This document shows, piece by piece, positions 7,589 through 15,894 of a DNA stretch of 18,690 bases (positions within the stretch are counted from its first letter, which is position 1; every line of letters begins with the position of its first letter). A model generated the notes under the pieces. That model was given only the letters and a program-made list of their open reading frames with translations. It searched no databases and was not told the origin of the DNA. This DNA comes from Promethearchaeati archaeon. Lineage in GTDB: Archaea > Asgardarchaeota > Heimdallarchaeia > JABLTI01. The DNA lies in assembly GCA_013166835.1 (NCBI GenBank), contig JABLTI010000054.1:1-18690 (forward strand), read 5' to 3'. The position numbers were made by a program, and so were the translations under genes.

Positions 7589-7936
7589 TTATTTCGGTTC
7601 ACTTTTTGGCGGAAAACGCTCAAAGTTCTTATCCATTTTCGCTAAAACACATTCAAATATATCAATATTTAAATTTAAACCCAAACTAATAGTATAAATT
7701 ACAATATCAGCTATTTCATCTTTTATTTGTGACATTAGTTCTTGGTTAGAAATTACTGTTGATTTTTCAGGATTTGACCACTGTAATAGTTCCATTAGCT
7801 CCGCAGCTTCTATTGCAATGGACATAGCAACGTTTTTTGGAGTATGAAATTTCTCCCAGTCACGTTCTTTTAGAAATTGAATCATTTTTTCTCTCAAAAT
7901 ATCAAATTGCTCTTTTTTCTTGGTCATTCCTTTCAC
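7589..7936 (-). CDS. MazG-like (DCTPP1-type) nucleotide pyrophosphohydrolase
   Basis: ERDWEKFHTPKNVAMSIAIEAAELMELLQW and DEIADIVIY motifs, C-terminal KMDKNFERFP. The start may be the ATG at 7927. Confidence 0.9.
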   Translation of the reverse strand: MKGMTKKKEQFDILREKMIQFLKERDWEKFHTPKNVAMSIAIEAAELMELLQWSNPEKSTVISNQELMSQIKDEIADIVIYTISLGLNLNIDIFECVLAKMDKNFERFPPKSEPK

Positions 7937-8055
7937 AACTGATTATTTTATAAGGATTGTAACTACCGTATTTGCATAACAATGAATATTAATAACTACA
8001 TATTGTGTAAAGATAAAAATTATCCCGAAACAATTAAACGGTAGCTAGGGAGAAT

Positions 8056-9030
8056 ATGATCATAATGGTTTCAGAGAAAAGCAAGTTTTTATCAGAAAAA
8101 TTCGGTTATTTACCTGAAACTATTGAGAGATATTTACAGCTTTTTGGATTAGAGGAAACTAAAGACTTACTGCAAGCTTATGAGAGAAAACCCAAGACAG
8201 CAATAAGAATCAATGAATTAAAAATAAATCCTCCCGAACTCATTGAACGAATGGAAAAAAAAGGTTTTGTTTTAACAAAAAGTAATTGGTATGAAAATGG
8301 ATTTTTCATTGAAAAAACACCTTTTTCATTGGGCGCTACAACTGAGTATTTGGCAGGATATTATTTTATTCAATCTGCAGCTTCATGGATCCCCTCATTG
8401 ATTTTAAACCCTAAACCAGGTGATTTAATTGTAGATCTAACTGCTGCGCCGGGAGGGAAAGCAAGTCATCTCGCACAACTCATGAAAAATGAAGGGACAC
8501 TATTTTGTATTGATATTTCAAGAGACCGAATAAAATCACTTAGGTCAAATTTAGCTCGATGTGGAGTTAACAATAACATATGTATTAGAATGAATGCAAT
8601 AGAATTTCCAAAATATAATCTTAAAGTAGATAAGGTATTGCTTGATGCTCCATGCTCTGGAGAAGGATTAATGGCTACAGATATTTCAAGAAGAACATCA
8701 AAAGGGGAGGAAGATATCAAACGGCTTGCTCAATTACAAAAAGAGCTTGTTCAGGCAGGAATTAAGACTCTAAAGAAAGAAGGAGTTATGGTATATTCTA
8801 CTTGTTCCACAGCACCTGAAGAAAATGAAGAAGTAATTAATTGGACTTTAGATAATTTTCCTGTCCAATTGCAAGAAATTCCATTCAAGGAATTTTCATC
8901 CGGATTTACTAAAGCTTTTGATAAAACATATGACTCTGAGCTAGTTAAATCAAAACGACTTTACCCTCACAAAGATGGCACAGAAGGATTCTTTGTTTGT
9001 AAACTTGTTTTGCTGGAGGAGGTTCAATAA
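8056..9030 (+). CDS. NOL1/Nop2/RsmF-family RNA m5C methyltransferase
   Basis: DLTAAPGGKA, LLDAPCSGEG, VYSTCS..PEENE and HKDGTEGFFVC motifs. Confidence 0.95.
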   Translation: MIIMVSEKSKFLSEKFGYLPETIERYLQLFGLEETKDLLQAYERKPKTAIRINELKINPPELIERMEKKGFVLTKSNWYENGFFIEKTPFSLGATTEYLAGYYFIQSAASWIPSLILNPKPGDLIVDLTAAPGGKASHLAQLMKNEGTLFCIDISRDRIKSLRSNLARCGVNNNICIRMNAIEFPKYNLKVDKVLLDAPCSGEGLMATDISRRTSKGEEDIKRLAQLQKELVQAGIKTLKKEGVMVYSTCSTAPEENEEVINWTLDNFPVQLQEIPFKEFSSGFTKAFDKTYDSELVKSKRLYPHKDGTEGFFVCKLVLLEEVQ

Positions 9031-9575
9031 TGGTTATAGAATTTAGAGAACCCACCCAAGCAGAAGCAGAAATAATTAGGGATTCATTGCTTTATTGGGT
9101 AGACAATGATAATTTCCTCCTTATCGACGAAAAGTATCATTTTGTTATAGGGGATGGAAACTGGAAAGAAGTTTTCATAACAAATAAGACAACTTCCACT
9201 TTTGTCACGGGTAAGAAACGCATATCCCCATATAGTATAGGATTAGGAATTGGTGAAATAAAGAAAAATAATCTCTTGCTCACATTAAGTGGCGGGTATT
9301 TTATATCACCTTATACAGATAAGAGAGCAATAATTAATCCAGACGCTGAACAACTATTTCTTTACAAGCGAGACATTCATTGTAAATCTATAATTTCAAT
9401 TAAAAAAGGATTATCAAGTGAAGACAAAGTTTTGATTACTAATACAAGTAATGATTATCTTGGATTAGGAAAAATATTACTGCCAATTTCTGACATTAAT
9501 GATCCAAAGAAAGAAGATGAAGTAGCAATCAAGAATCTCATAGATCTTGGTTGGTATCTAAGAAAAGGAAAGTAA
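9030..9575 (+). CDS. nip7: Nip7-like PUA-domain ribosome biogenesis protein
   Basis: PYSIGLGIGE, AEQLFLYKRDI, LGLG and C-terminal KNLIDLGWYLRKG; TAATG coupling to the Nop2-family gene. Confidence 0.8.
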   Translation: MVIEFREPTQAEAEIIRDSLLYWVDNDNFLLIDEKYHFVIGDGNWKEVFITNKTTSTFVTGKKRISPYSIGLGIGEIKKNNLLLTLSGGYFISPYTDKRAIINPDAEQLFLYKRDIHCKSIISIKKGLSSEDKVLITNTSNDYLGLGKILLPISDINDPKKEDEVAIKNLIDLGWYLRKGK

Positions 9576-9602
9576 GATAGTTTACTATCTGAATGGGATT
9601 AC

Positions 9603-10310
9603 TCAGAATTTGAAACTATCAATGAATAATACTTCTTTGCATTCGGGAAAATTCTTGTTAATTTCTGCTGCAATACGTATTTTTCTAAATTGTAAGTATA
9701 GATCTTTTGTTGTGATTTCTTCTGGCATTGTGATGGTAATTTTTTCTTTCTCGTTTTTAATTGTGAAAGTTTTAAGATCAACACCTGGAAGAAGATAATC
9801 TATTAGAACCTCTAGTTTCTTCTTTGCTCCGGTTATTTTCTCTTTAATTTCTACTTTATATTCGATTGTTTGCCCTACTAAGGGATGATTAAAATCAACT
9901 CTAACCCTTCCTCCTACAGCAGAAAGAACTACACCTGTTTGATTTCCCCATTGAATTTGTCTTCCTACTTCAGGTATGATATTTTTAGCGACCAATTCTT
10001 TTCTACCTAGAAGCTTAATTTTCGAAGGATCTCTTTGACCAAAAGTGTCTTCTGGAGGAATTGACACCTTGAATTTTTCACCTACATCCTTCCCTACAAT
10101 TGATTCATTTAACTTTTTAAGATACATCTCGTCATTGCCCACGATCATTAAACGTTGACCATAACTATTTTTCTCATCAAAAATATTTGCTTTTTGAGCA
10201 ATTTTCTCATCAGTTGTTTCGATAATTTGTCCACTATCTTTTACAGCTAAAGTAAATGAAATCTTAAGGAAATCGCCAATTTTAATTTTCGCCATTTTTA
10301 TAAATCCCAC
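9603..10310 (-). CDS. slyD: Long-type archaeal FKBP peptidyl-prolyl isomerase (SlyD-like)
   Basis: GDFLKISFT, IPPEDTFGQRDP and GGRVRVDFNHPLVGQTIEY motifs plus a C-terminal extension. The start is probably the ATG at 10295. Confidence 0.9.
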   Translation of the reverse strand: MGFIKMAKIKIGDFLKISFTLAVKDSGQIIETTDEKIAQKANIFDEKNSYGQRLMIVGNDEMYLKKLNESIVGKDVGEKFKVSIPPEDTFGQRDPSKIKLLGRKELVAKNIIPEVGRQIQWGNQTGVVLSAVGGRVRVDFNHPLVGQTIEYKVEIKEKITGAKKKLEVLIDYLLPGVDLKTFTIKNEKEKITITMPEEITTKDLYLQFRKIRIAAEINKNFPECKEVLFIDSFKF

Positions 10311-10430
10311 TGGATAGTTATTGACAGTCTATACTGTTAGTGTTTCAATAACCACCAAGCTTAACTCATATTCAAAAGATTTGTGTTGATTCAACCAAAT
10401 AAACAGGGAAAATTGAATAATAATCAAAAA

Positions 10431-11393
10431 TTAAAGTTTTAACAAATTGAGATTCTTGAGAGCTCTATAACTTCGTTCACCCGTTTCTAAGGGAGAAGCG
10501 CTGTATGAATTCATCACTTTCTCAAAAATCGCTTCATTTATAGGTCCTATTCCAACCGCGGTTTTTGTTCCAGGATCAAGTTGTGTTTTTCCTGCATCTC
10601 TGATTAAGGAGCTGTTAATCTTTAGTTTCTGAATTTGACGATTGATTCCAAGTAAATCTTCTTCACTTTTAACTGTCCAGATTTCAATTGGTTTGTTTTT
10701 AAAATCCCAGTTCAAACCTTTTTCTGAAAGCAAGCTAACAATTGCATGTGCCGTTTGAACGCTAAATTTGCCTTTACCCATTCGAATGTCTTTCCTTAAT
10801 ACTACTCCAATCATTTGCTGAGACATGTTAACTAAAGTATCATTTTTCACTAATAGGACCTTATTGCTCTGCCAAAACGATTCTATACTATTTTTGTTCC
10901 ACAAGCCTTTCAATTGAGGTTTTAAGATTAAATCTGGTTGATGAAAGGGAACTTGACTTGTGGATAAAATGAAGCCTTCACTATCTTCTCCTCGAATTTC
11001 CAGCAAAACATCTCCTAGAAACTTTTTCTCTAATTTCCTTAGCGATCTACGAATCGCAATATCATGCAAGTGAGCAGCATCAGTTTCTTGAATAGAGTAA
11101 TCAAATCTTGAGTCTACATTTGAAGGAGCTGTATCATAGACATCTTTAGCATAAGTTACTAACCATTCCAGAATCTCTGGATTATCTTTAAAGAAATGAA
11201 AATAACCAGTTTCGTAAAGTTCCAATGCTTCCTCTTGAGAATGTAATTTATTATTTACTAGATGAAGGATTTTCCAGTTTCCAGAACCAAATTTCTCCTC
11301 TAATTCATTTCTTCGTAATTTTTTCTTCTTCCCAGCATAACCAGGTCTACCTAAGATTATCCAATCATCGAATGCTTTGAAAGTACCTGTCAC
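10431..11393 (-). CDS. pth2: Uncharacterised N-terminal domain fused to peptidyl-tRNA hydrolase 2
   Basis: C-terminal VVLRKDIRMGKGKFSVQTAHA and IRDAGKTQLDPGTKTAVGIGP are Pth2 signatures; ~190 extra N-terminal residues; GAGGA before the GTG start. Confidence 0.85.
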   Translation of the reverse strand: MTGTFKAFDDWIILGRPGYAGKKKKLRRNELEEKFGSGNWKILHLVNNKLHSQEEALELYETGYFHFFKDNPEILEWLVTYAKDVYDTAPSNVDSRFDYSIQETDAAHLHDIAIRRSLRKLEKKFLGDVLLEIRGEDSEGFILSTSQVPFHQPDLILKPQLKGLWNKNSIESFWQSNKVLLVKNDTLVNMSQQMIGVVLRKDIRMGKGKFSVQTAHAIVSLLSEKGLNWDFKNKPIEIWTVKSEEDLLGINRQIQKLKINSSLIRDAGKTQLDPGTKTAVGIGPINEAIFEKVMNSYSASPLETGERSYRALKNLNLLKL

Positions 11394-11541
11394 TGGTTAA
11401 ATCCTCATTATAGACATGGTATTATGAACCATTTAAAGACAAATTACCTGATAGAAGATTAAAAACATTCGTTTTAGAGGAACAAAAAGTATATGAAACT
11501 TCAATTGAATTTTCTTAATAGAATTTTGGTGTGGTGTTAAT

Positions 11542-13443
11542 TTGACTTTAAGAATAAAGGATGATACTTTCAGAGATGAAAAAGGTCGTTCAGTGTTGTT
11601 ACGAGGAGTAAACTTAGGCGGGAGTACTAAAGTTCCTGTAACACCTGATGGTGCAACTCATATTAAAACTGATTTTAGAGATCATAGAGATGTTTCATTT
11701 ATTGGTCATCCTTTTCCTTTGGAAGAAGCTGATGAACATTTTTCACGATTAAAAAATTGGGGTTTTAATTGCTTAAGATTTCTTACAACATGGGAAGCAA
11801 TAGAACACAAAGGTCCCGGAAAATATGATATAGAATATCTGAAATATTTACGCAAGCTTCTCGAGAAAGCAAATGACTACAACTTATATTGTTTCATAGA
11901 TCCTCACCAGGATGTCTGGAGTAGAATGACTGGGGGAGATGGTGCACCAGGGTGGACATTTGAAAAGGTTGGTCTAGATTTTACAAAATTCACAGAAACA
12001 GATGCAGCTTTACTTATGCAAGAAAAGTATCCAGAGGAATATCCTCTTATGATTTGGTCCTCAAATTACTATTTATTTGCTGCATCCACGATGTTTACAC
12101 TCTTCTTTGGAGGGAATGAATTTGCTCCTGGTTTTAATATTGGAAAGACAACTATTCAGGATTACTTACAAGAGCATTTTATTAATTCAATGAAAGAAGT
12201 TGCTAAAATTTGTAAAGACCTACCCAGTGTTATAGGGTATGATATTTGGAATGAACCAAATAAAGGATTTATTGGGAAAGAGAACTTAAATCACTCATAT
12301 GATTTATCCTGGGGGTTACGTTTTACTGGTTTCGAAGCTATGGCTACAGCTGCTGGCTATCCAATGAAAATACCTCTCTATGAAATTAAAGGAGTAGGAA
12401 TGAAACATACTGAAACTAGATTAGTTAATCCTAATCGAGTATCCTGTTGGTTACCAAATGCTAAAGATATTTGGAAAGAATTAGGAATCTATGAAGAAGA
12501 TGTAAATGGCAATCCTAAGCTTCTGAAACCACACTACTTCTCAAAAGGAGGAAAAACTAATTTCTTCTGGAACCATCTAAAGCCATTCATAAACAAATAT
12601 GCGAAAGCGATGCGTACATTTGATAATGAAGCTATAATTTTCATAGAAACAGATCCATTCGAATTCATTTTTGCTACAGACCCCTCTTTTCAAGAAGATA
12701 ATTCCAAGTGGACAAAGAAGGATGCTAAAGATATTGTGAATGCATCTCATTGGTATGATGGCATAACACTTTATCTTAGAAGATTCATGAAACACTTTAC
12801 ATTAGATACCCAAACAACAAAACCTTATTTCTTTTACAAAAATGTAAAGAATCTCTTCATTAAACAGCTAAGTAATATCAAAAAGTATTCCAAGTTACTA
12901 AATAACTGCCCTACTTTAATCGGGGAATTTGGGATTCCATTCAATATGTATAACAAGAAAGCTTATAGAAATGGTAATTGGCGGAAACAAATTGATGCTC
13001 TTACACTCCATCTTGATTGTATGGATGCAAATTTACTAAATTTCACTATTTGGAATTACACAGCTGATAATGTTAATGAATGGGGAGATTTGTGGAATTT
13101 AGAAGATCTATCTATTTTTAGCCGTGATCAACAAATTAATCCAGATGACATTAATAGTGGAGGAAGAGCCATTGAAGGTTTTTGTAGACCATTTGCTAGA
13201 AATATAACAGGTGAAATCATTTCTATGGCTTTTAATCGAAGGAAAAAACATTTTGTTTTGGAATATGAAAATAATCCAAAAATCAAAGATCCATCAATAA
13301 TCTATGTACCTAATATTCAATACCCAAATGACTATCTAGTAACTGCACCAGGTGCTATATACATAAAAGATAGAAATGAGCAAATCCTTGAAGTGTACTT
13401 TAAATCTAAAGGAACACATAGAATTGAAATTAAGGGAAGATAG
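11542..13443 (+). CDS. Glycoside hydrolase family 5, endoglycoceramidase/steryl-glucosidase-like
   Basis: LRGVNLGG, TWEAIEH, DPHQDVWSRMTGGDGAPGWT, acid/base WNEP, nucleophile IGEFGIP, WNYT, DLWNLEDLS and C-terminal beta domain; no obvious signal peptide. Confidence 0.92.
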   Translation: MTLRIKDDTFRDEKGRSVLLRGVNLGGSTKVPVTPDGATHIKTDFRDHRDVSFIGHPFPLEEADEHFSRLKNWGFNCLRFLTTWEAIEHKGPGKYDIEYLKYLRKLLEKANDYNLYCFIDPHQDVWSRMTGGDGAPGWTFEKVGLDFTKFTETDAALLMQEKYPEEYPLMIWSSNYYLFAASTMFTLFFGGNEFAPGFNIGKTTIQDYLQEHFINSMKEVAKICKDLPSVIGYDIWNEPNKGFIGKENLNHSYDLSWGLRFTGFEAMATAAGYPMKIPLYEIKGVGMKHTETRLVNPNRVSCWLPNAKDIWKELGIYEEDVNGNPKLLKPHYFSKGGKTNFFWNHLKPFINKYAKAMRTFDNEAIIFIETDPFEFIFATDPSFQEDNSKWTKKDAKDIVNASHWYDGITLYLRRFMKHFTLDTQTTKPYFFYKNVKNLFIKQLSNIKKYSKLLNNCPTLIGEFGIPFNMYNKKAYRNGNWRKQIDALTLHLDCMDANLLNFTIWNYTADNVNEWGDLWNLEDLSIFSRDQQINPDDINSGGRAIEGFCRPFARNITGEIISMAFNRRKKHFVLEYENNPKIKDPSIIYVPNIQYPNDYLVTAPGAIYIKDRNEQILEVYFKSKGTHRIEIKGR

Positions 13444-13445
13444 AA

Positions 13446-13877
13446 ATGAAGCAATTCTACGTGGCAGTTGGGGCACTTATCGAAAAAGAAGATCAATATT
13501 TAGTTCTTCTAAGATCACCAGAGAAAGATGTGGGAGCGAATATATGGGAGTTTGTAACAGGTCGTTTGGAAGAAGAAGAAGATCCAGCTATAGGGGTATT
13601 ACGTGAAGTAAAAGAAGAAGTGGATTTAGATGTTGAAGTAATTATGCCTATTCACACCTCTTTCTTTTACCGAGGAACAAAAGAATATCCAATGGTTTTC
13701 ATCGTTTTTTGGTGTCGATACCTACAAGGAGAAGTCAAGCTTTCTTGGGAACATACCGAATACAAATGGGTTTCACTAGACGAAGCAATAAACAGTGAAG
13801 AATTGGGCTTATTTCGGAAAGGATTTACTATTGTTAAAAAACTAAAGGAATTCCTACCTAAAGATTTCAAGTTATAA
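13446..13877 (+). CDS. Nudix hydrolase
   Basis: Nudix box GRLEEEEDPAIGVLREVKEEVDL and LSWEHTEYKW; starts 2 nt after the GH5 stop. Confidence 0.92.
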   Translation: MKQFYVAVGALIEKEDQYLVLLRSPEKDVGANIWEFVTGRLEEEEDPAIGVLREVKEEVDLDVEVIMPIHTSFFYRGTKEYPMVFIVFWCRYLQGEVKLSWEHTEYKWVSLDEAINSEELGLFRKGFTIVKKLKEFLPKDFKL

Positions 13878-13883
13878 GGACTA

Positions 13884-14177
13884 TTAGATAGTTGGAGGAT
13901 GTCTCTGAAGTTCTTGTTCCTTAGCCATTACTTTTAATTGTTCTTTTGTATACTTGACTTTCACATTTCCATCTGGTTGCAATTGAGCATCTCTGGTTCG
14001 AACTTTTACGATTTCTCTAGCACCAAATTTAATTCGCTTCTCAATTTCAATTTCGATGAAATCAGCAGAAATTTTTTCATATTTCTCTCGAATAACTTTT
14101 AGAACGGTGCCAGCTTTAACGCCTTTTGTATCAAAAACTATTTTTGATTTCAACATATCCGGTGTTACTTTACTCAA
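13884..14177 (-). CDS. Small PRC-barrel-like protein
   Basis: LKSKIVFDTKGVKAGTVLKV resembles the PRC-barrel N-terminal consensus (L.GK.V.D..G..IG.V.DV); AGGAG before the TTG start. Confidence 0.65.
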   Translation of the reverse strand: MSKVTPDMLKSKIVFDTKGVKAGTVLKVIREKYEKISADFIEIEIEKRIKFGAREIVKVRTRDAQLQPDGNVKVKYTKEQLKVMAKEQELQRHPPTI

Positions 14178-14288
14178 TGGGTTTGAACTCCTAATAGGGA
14201 CATTGCATTTTCAAAGGATACTTTGTAGTTTAAAGAGGGATTATAATGTTTTTTCATCAATTAAAAAAATATGGAATAAGGCAATTTC

Positions 14289-15587
14289 TCAAGTTATAAG
14301 GGGTAGCGTGAGTAGGAATAATAGGGTGGAGGAGACGAGGTTTGAGAGTGCAGCAATTACTGGAACAGCAAGATTGTCAGGATCTAAGCCTCTCTTAAAT
14401 GCGAAAATTATTAGCAAGAACGCTATGGATTGAACTACTAAGAAACCAATAAAGTTAATCGCGAGTGAAATACCTAGTACCAGACCGATATGCTGAAAGT
14501 CTCCTGCAAATATTGAACCAAAGATCCCATAGAATAAGTGCAGAACAAAACCAGCAAGACCTACCCCTATTAAATTCGTCCACAAATCCTTATCTTTAAT
14601 CGCAGAGAGGTTTGGTTTTAGAGTACCTAAAGCTAGATTTGTAGAGGTAGTATTTGCTATGATAGTTACTTCATCACCCAGTGTATCTATTAATGCAGGA
14701 TAAACTAAGAACAATCCACTAATATTCTTTAGTGCAACATCTGCTTTACTAAGAATACCGCCTGTCAATGAGTTTATAGTTAATGTGACGGTTTGAACTG
14801 GGACAGCTTGCTTGAGTATTTTTCTGTAATCCTTATTTTTTACTTTTATACCAACTAAAACTGAAATGAAAACTAAATACAGAAATGCAGGAATAAATGC
14901 GAAATAGGTTCCTCTTGTTATTGAATTAAAACCCGATTCATTATACCAATTAGCAGGTTTCAACATACTAATCATTGCAGCATAGAGGAGAGTGCTTAAG
15001 ACGTTGTTTACTGTAGACATTGTGGGATATACCCAGATATCTGGATTCAGTTTTCTTTTGAACATAAAGAAAGCCATGAAACTAGCGATTTGTGATGAAA
15101 TCAAAGATGCAAAGGTTAGTGTCAAAATTGGTATAACAATGAAAGGTAAGGGATTTGGAATTCGATTTGCTCCTTGTATTATCAAGTTTATAATATAGGA
15201 AATAACACCAATCCAAAGACCATTGAAAGCTCCTAAAGTTAGTGTTGCTGAAATTAATGTGTAATACTGTTTTGTATTCTTGAGAATTTTGGGTTTAATA
15301 GAACCGAGATGCAAACCAGTACCTAGTCTACTAACTAAAATCCCTATCCCTCCATCAGAAGATAGTAACGGAGGATAGAGAAGTATGATAAATGCTCCAG
15401 CTTTAGCGAAAACCTCGGCAGGATCAGTTCTACTAGCATATTCCAGGAAAGTAAAGGTGCCAATACTTCCTGCACCAAGACCGAAAACATCAAAGAGAAG
15501 AGCAAGTAATGCTTGAACAGCAATTAAGAATGTGATTCTAATAACGGTTGGTTTTTTGAGCCATTCCTTTATTTTTACTCTATTCAC
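14289..15587 (-). CDS. MgtE/SLC41-family cation transporter with two membrane repeats
   Basis: About 10 hydrophobic segments; SRLGTGLHLG, LNPDIWVYP, TNLALG and GLDPDNLAVP motifs. Confidence 0.88.
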   Translation of the reverse strand: MNRVKIKEWLKKPTVIRITFLIAVQALLALLFDVFGLGAGSIGTFTFLEYASRTDPAEVFAKAGAFIILLYPPLLSSDGGIGILVSRLGTGLHLGSIKPKILKNTKQYYTLISATLTLGAFNGLWIGVISYIINLIIQGANRIPNPLPFIVIPILTLTFASLISSQIASFMAFFMFKRKLNPDIWVYPTMSTVNNVLSTLLYAAMISMLKPANWYNESGFNSITRGTYFAFIPAFLYLVFISVLVGIKVKNKDYRKILKQAVPVQTVTLTINSLTGGILSKADVALKNISGLFLVYPALIDTLGDEVTIIANTTSTNLALGTLKPNLSAIKDKDLWTNLIGVGLAGFVLHLFYGIFGSIFAGDFQHIGLVLGISLAINFIGFLVVQSIAFLLIIFAFKRGLDPDNLAVPVIAALSNLVSSTLLFLLTLPLIT

Positions 15588-15602
15588 GTAATTTCACACT
15601 CC

Positions 15603-15779
15603 TCTAGGTTGTTTTATTTGTCTGGTCAGGTTTAGAGAGAAATTTCCCAGTTTCTGGGAATACTATCTCCATCGTGTTGTAGTGAAAGCTAATTCTTATT
15701 TCTATTTTTCGCTTTTTTTGCAAAATCTCTTTATTGTGAAATTCTCTCTAAACAAGAATTGTCCAACAAAAGAACTAGA
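15603..15779. repeat. Long imperfect inverted repeat in the intergenic leader of the downstream MgtE gene
   Basis: GTTTAGAGAGAAATTTC (15630-15646) versus GAAATTCTCTCTAAAC (15738-15753); outer arms extend imperfectly to TCTAG/CTAGA; internal hairpin TTCCCAG-ttt-CTGGGAA. Confidence 0.75.
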
Positions 15780-15894
15780 TTCAAAGCTCTTTACTAAACA
15801 AGTTAATATATGTAAAATAGTATTTGAATCTTTCAAAATTCTCTGAAAGTAAAAATAGCTGTAAAAGATTAAAAGTTATAGTTTTTAAAAACTT

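Noticed and set aside
7589-7936. MazG-like gene as part of an anti-phage defence system
   Set aside because: It is a standalone housecleaning-type enzyme among housekeeping genes, with no defence or mobile genes nearby.
15630-15753. Confident call as an IS element or MITE
   Set aside because: There is no transposase and no evident target-site duplication, and only one copy occurs in the window; kept only as an alternative explanation.
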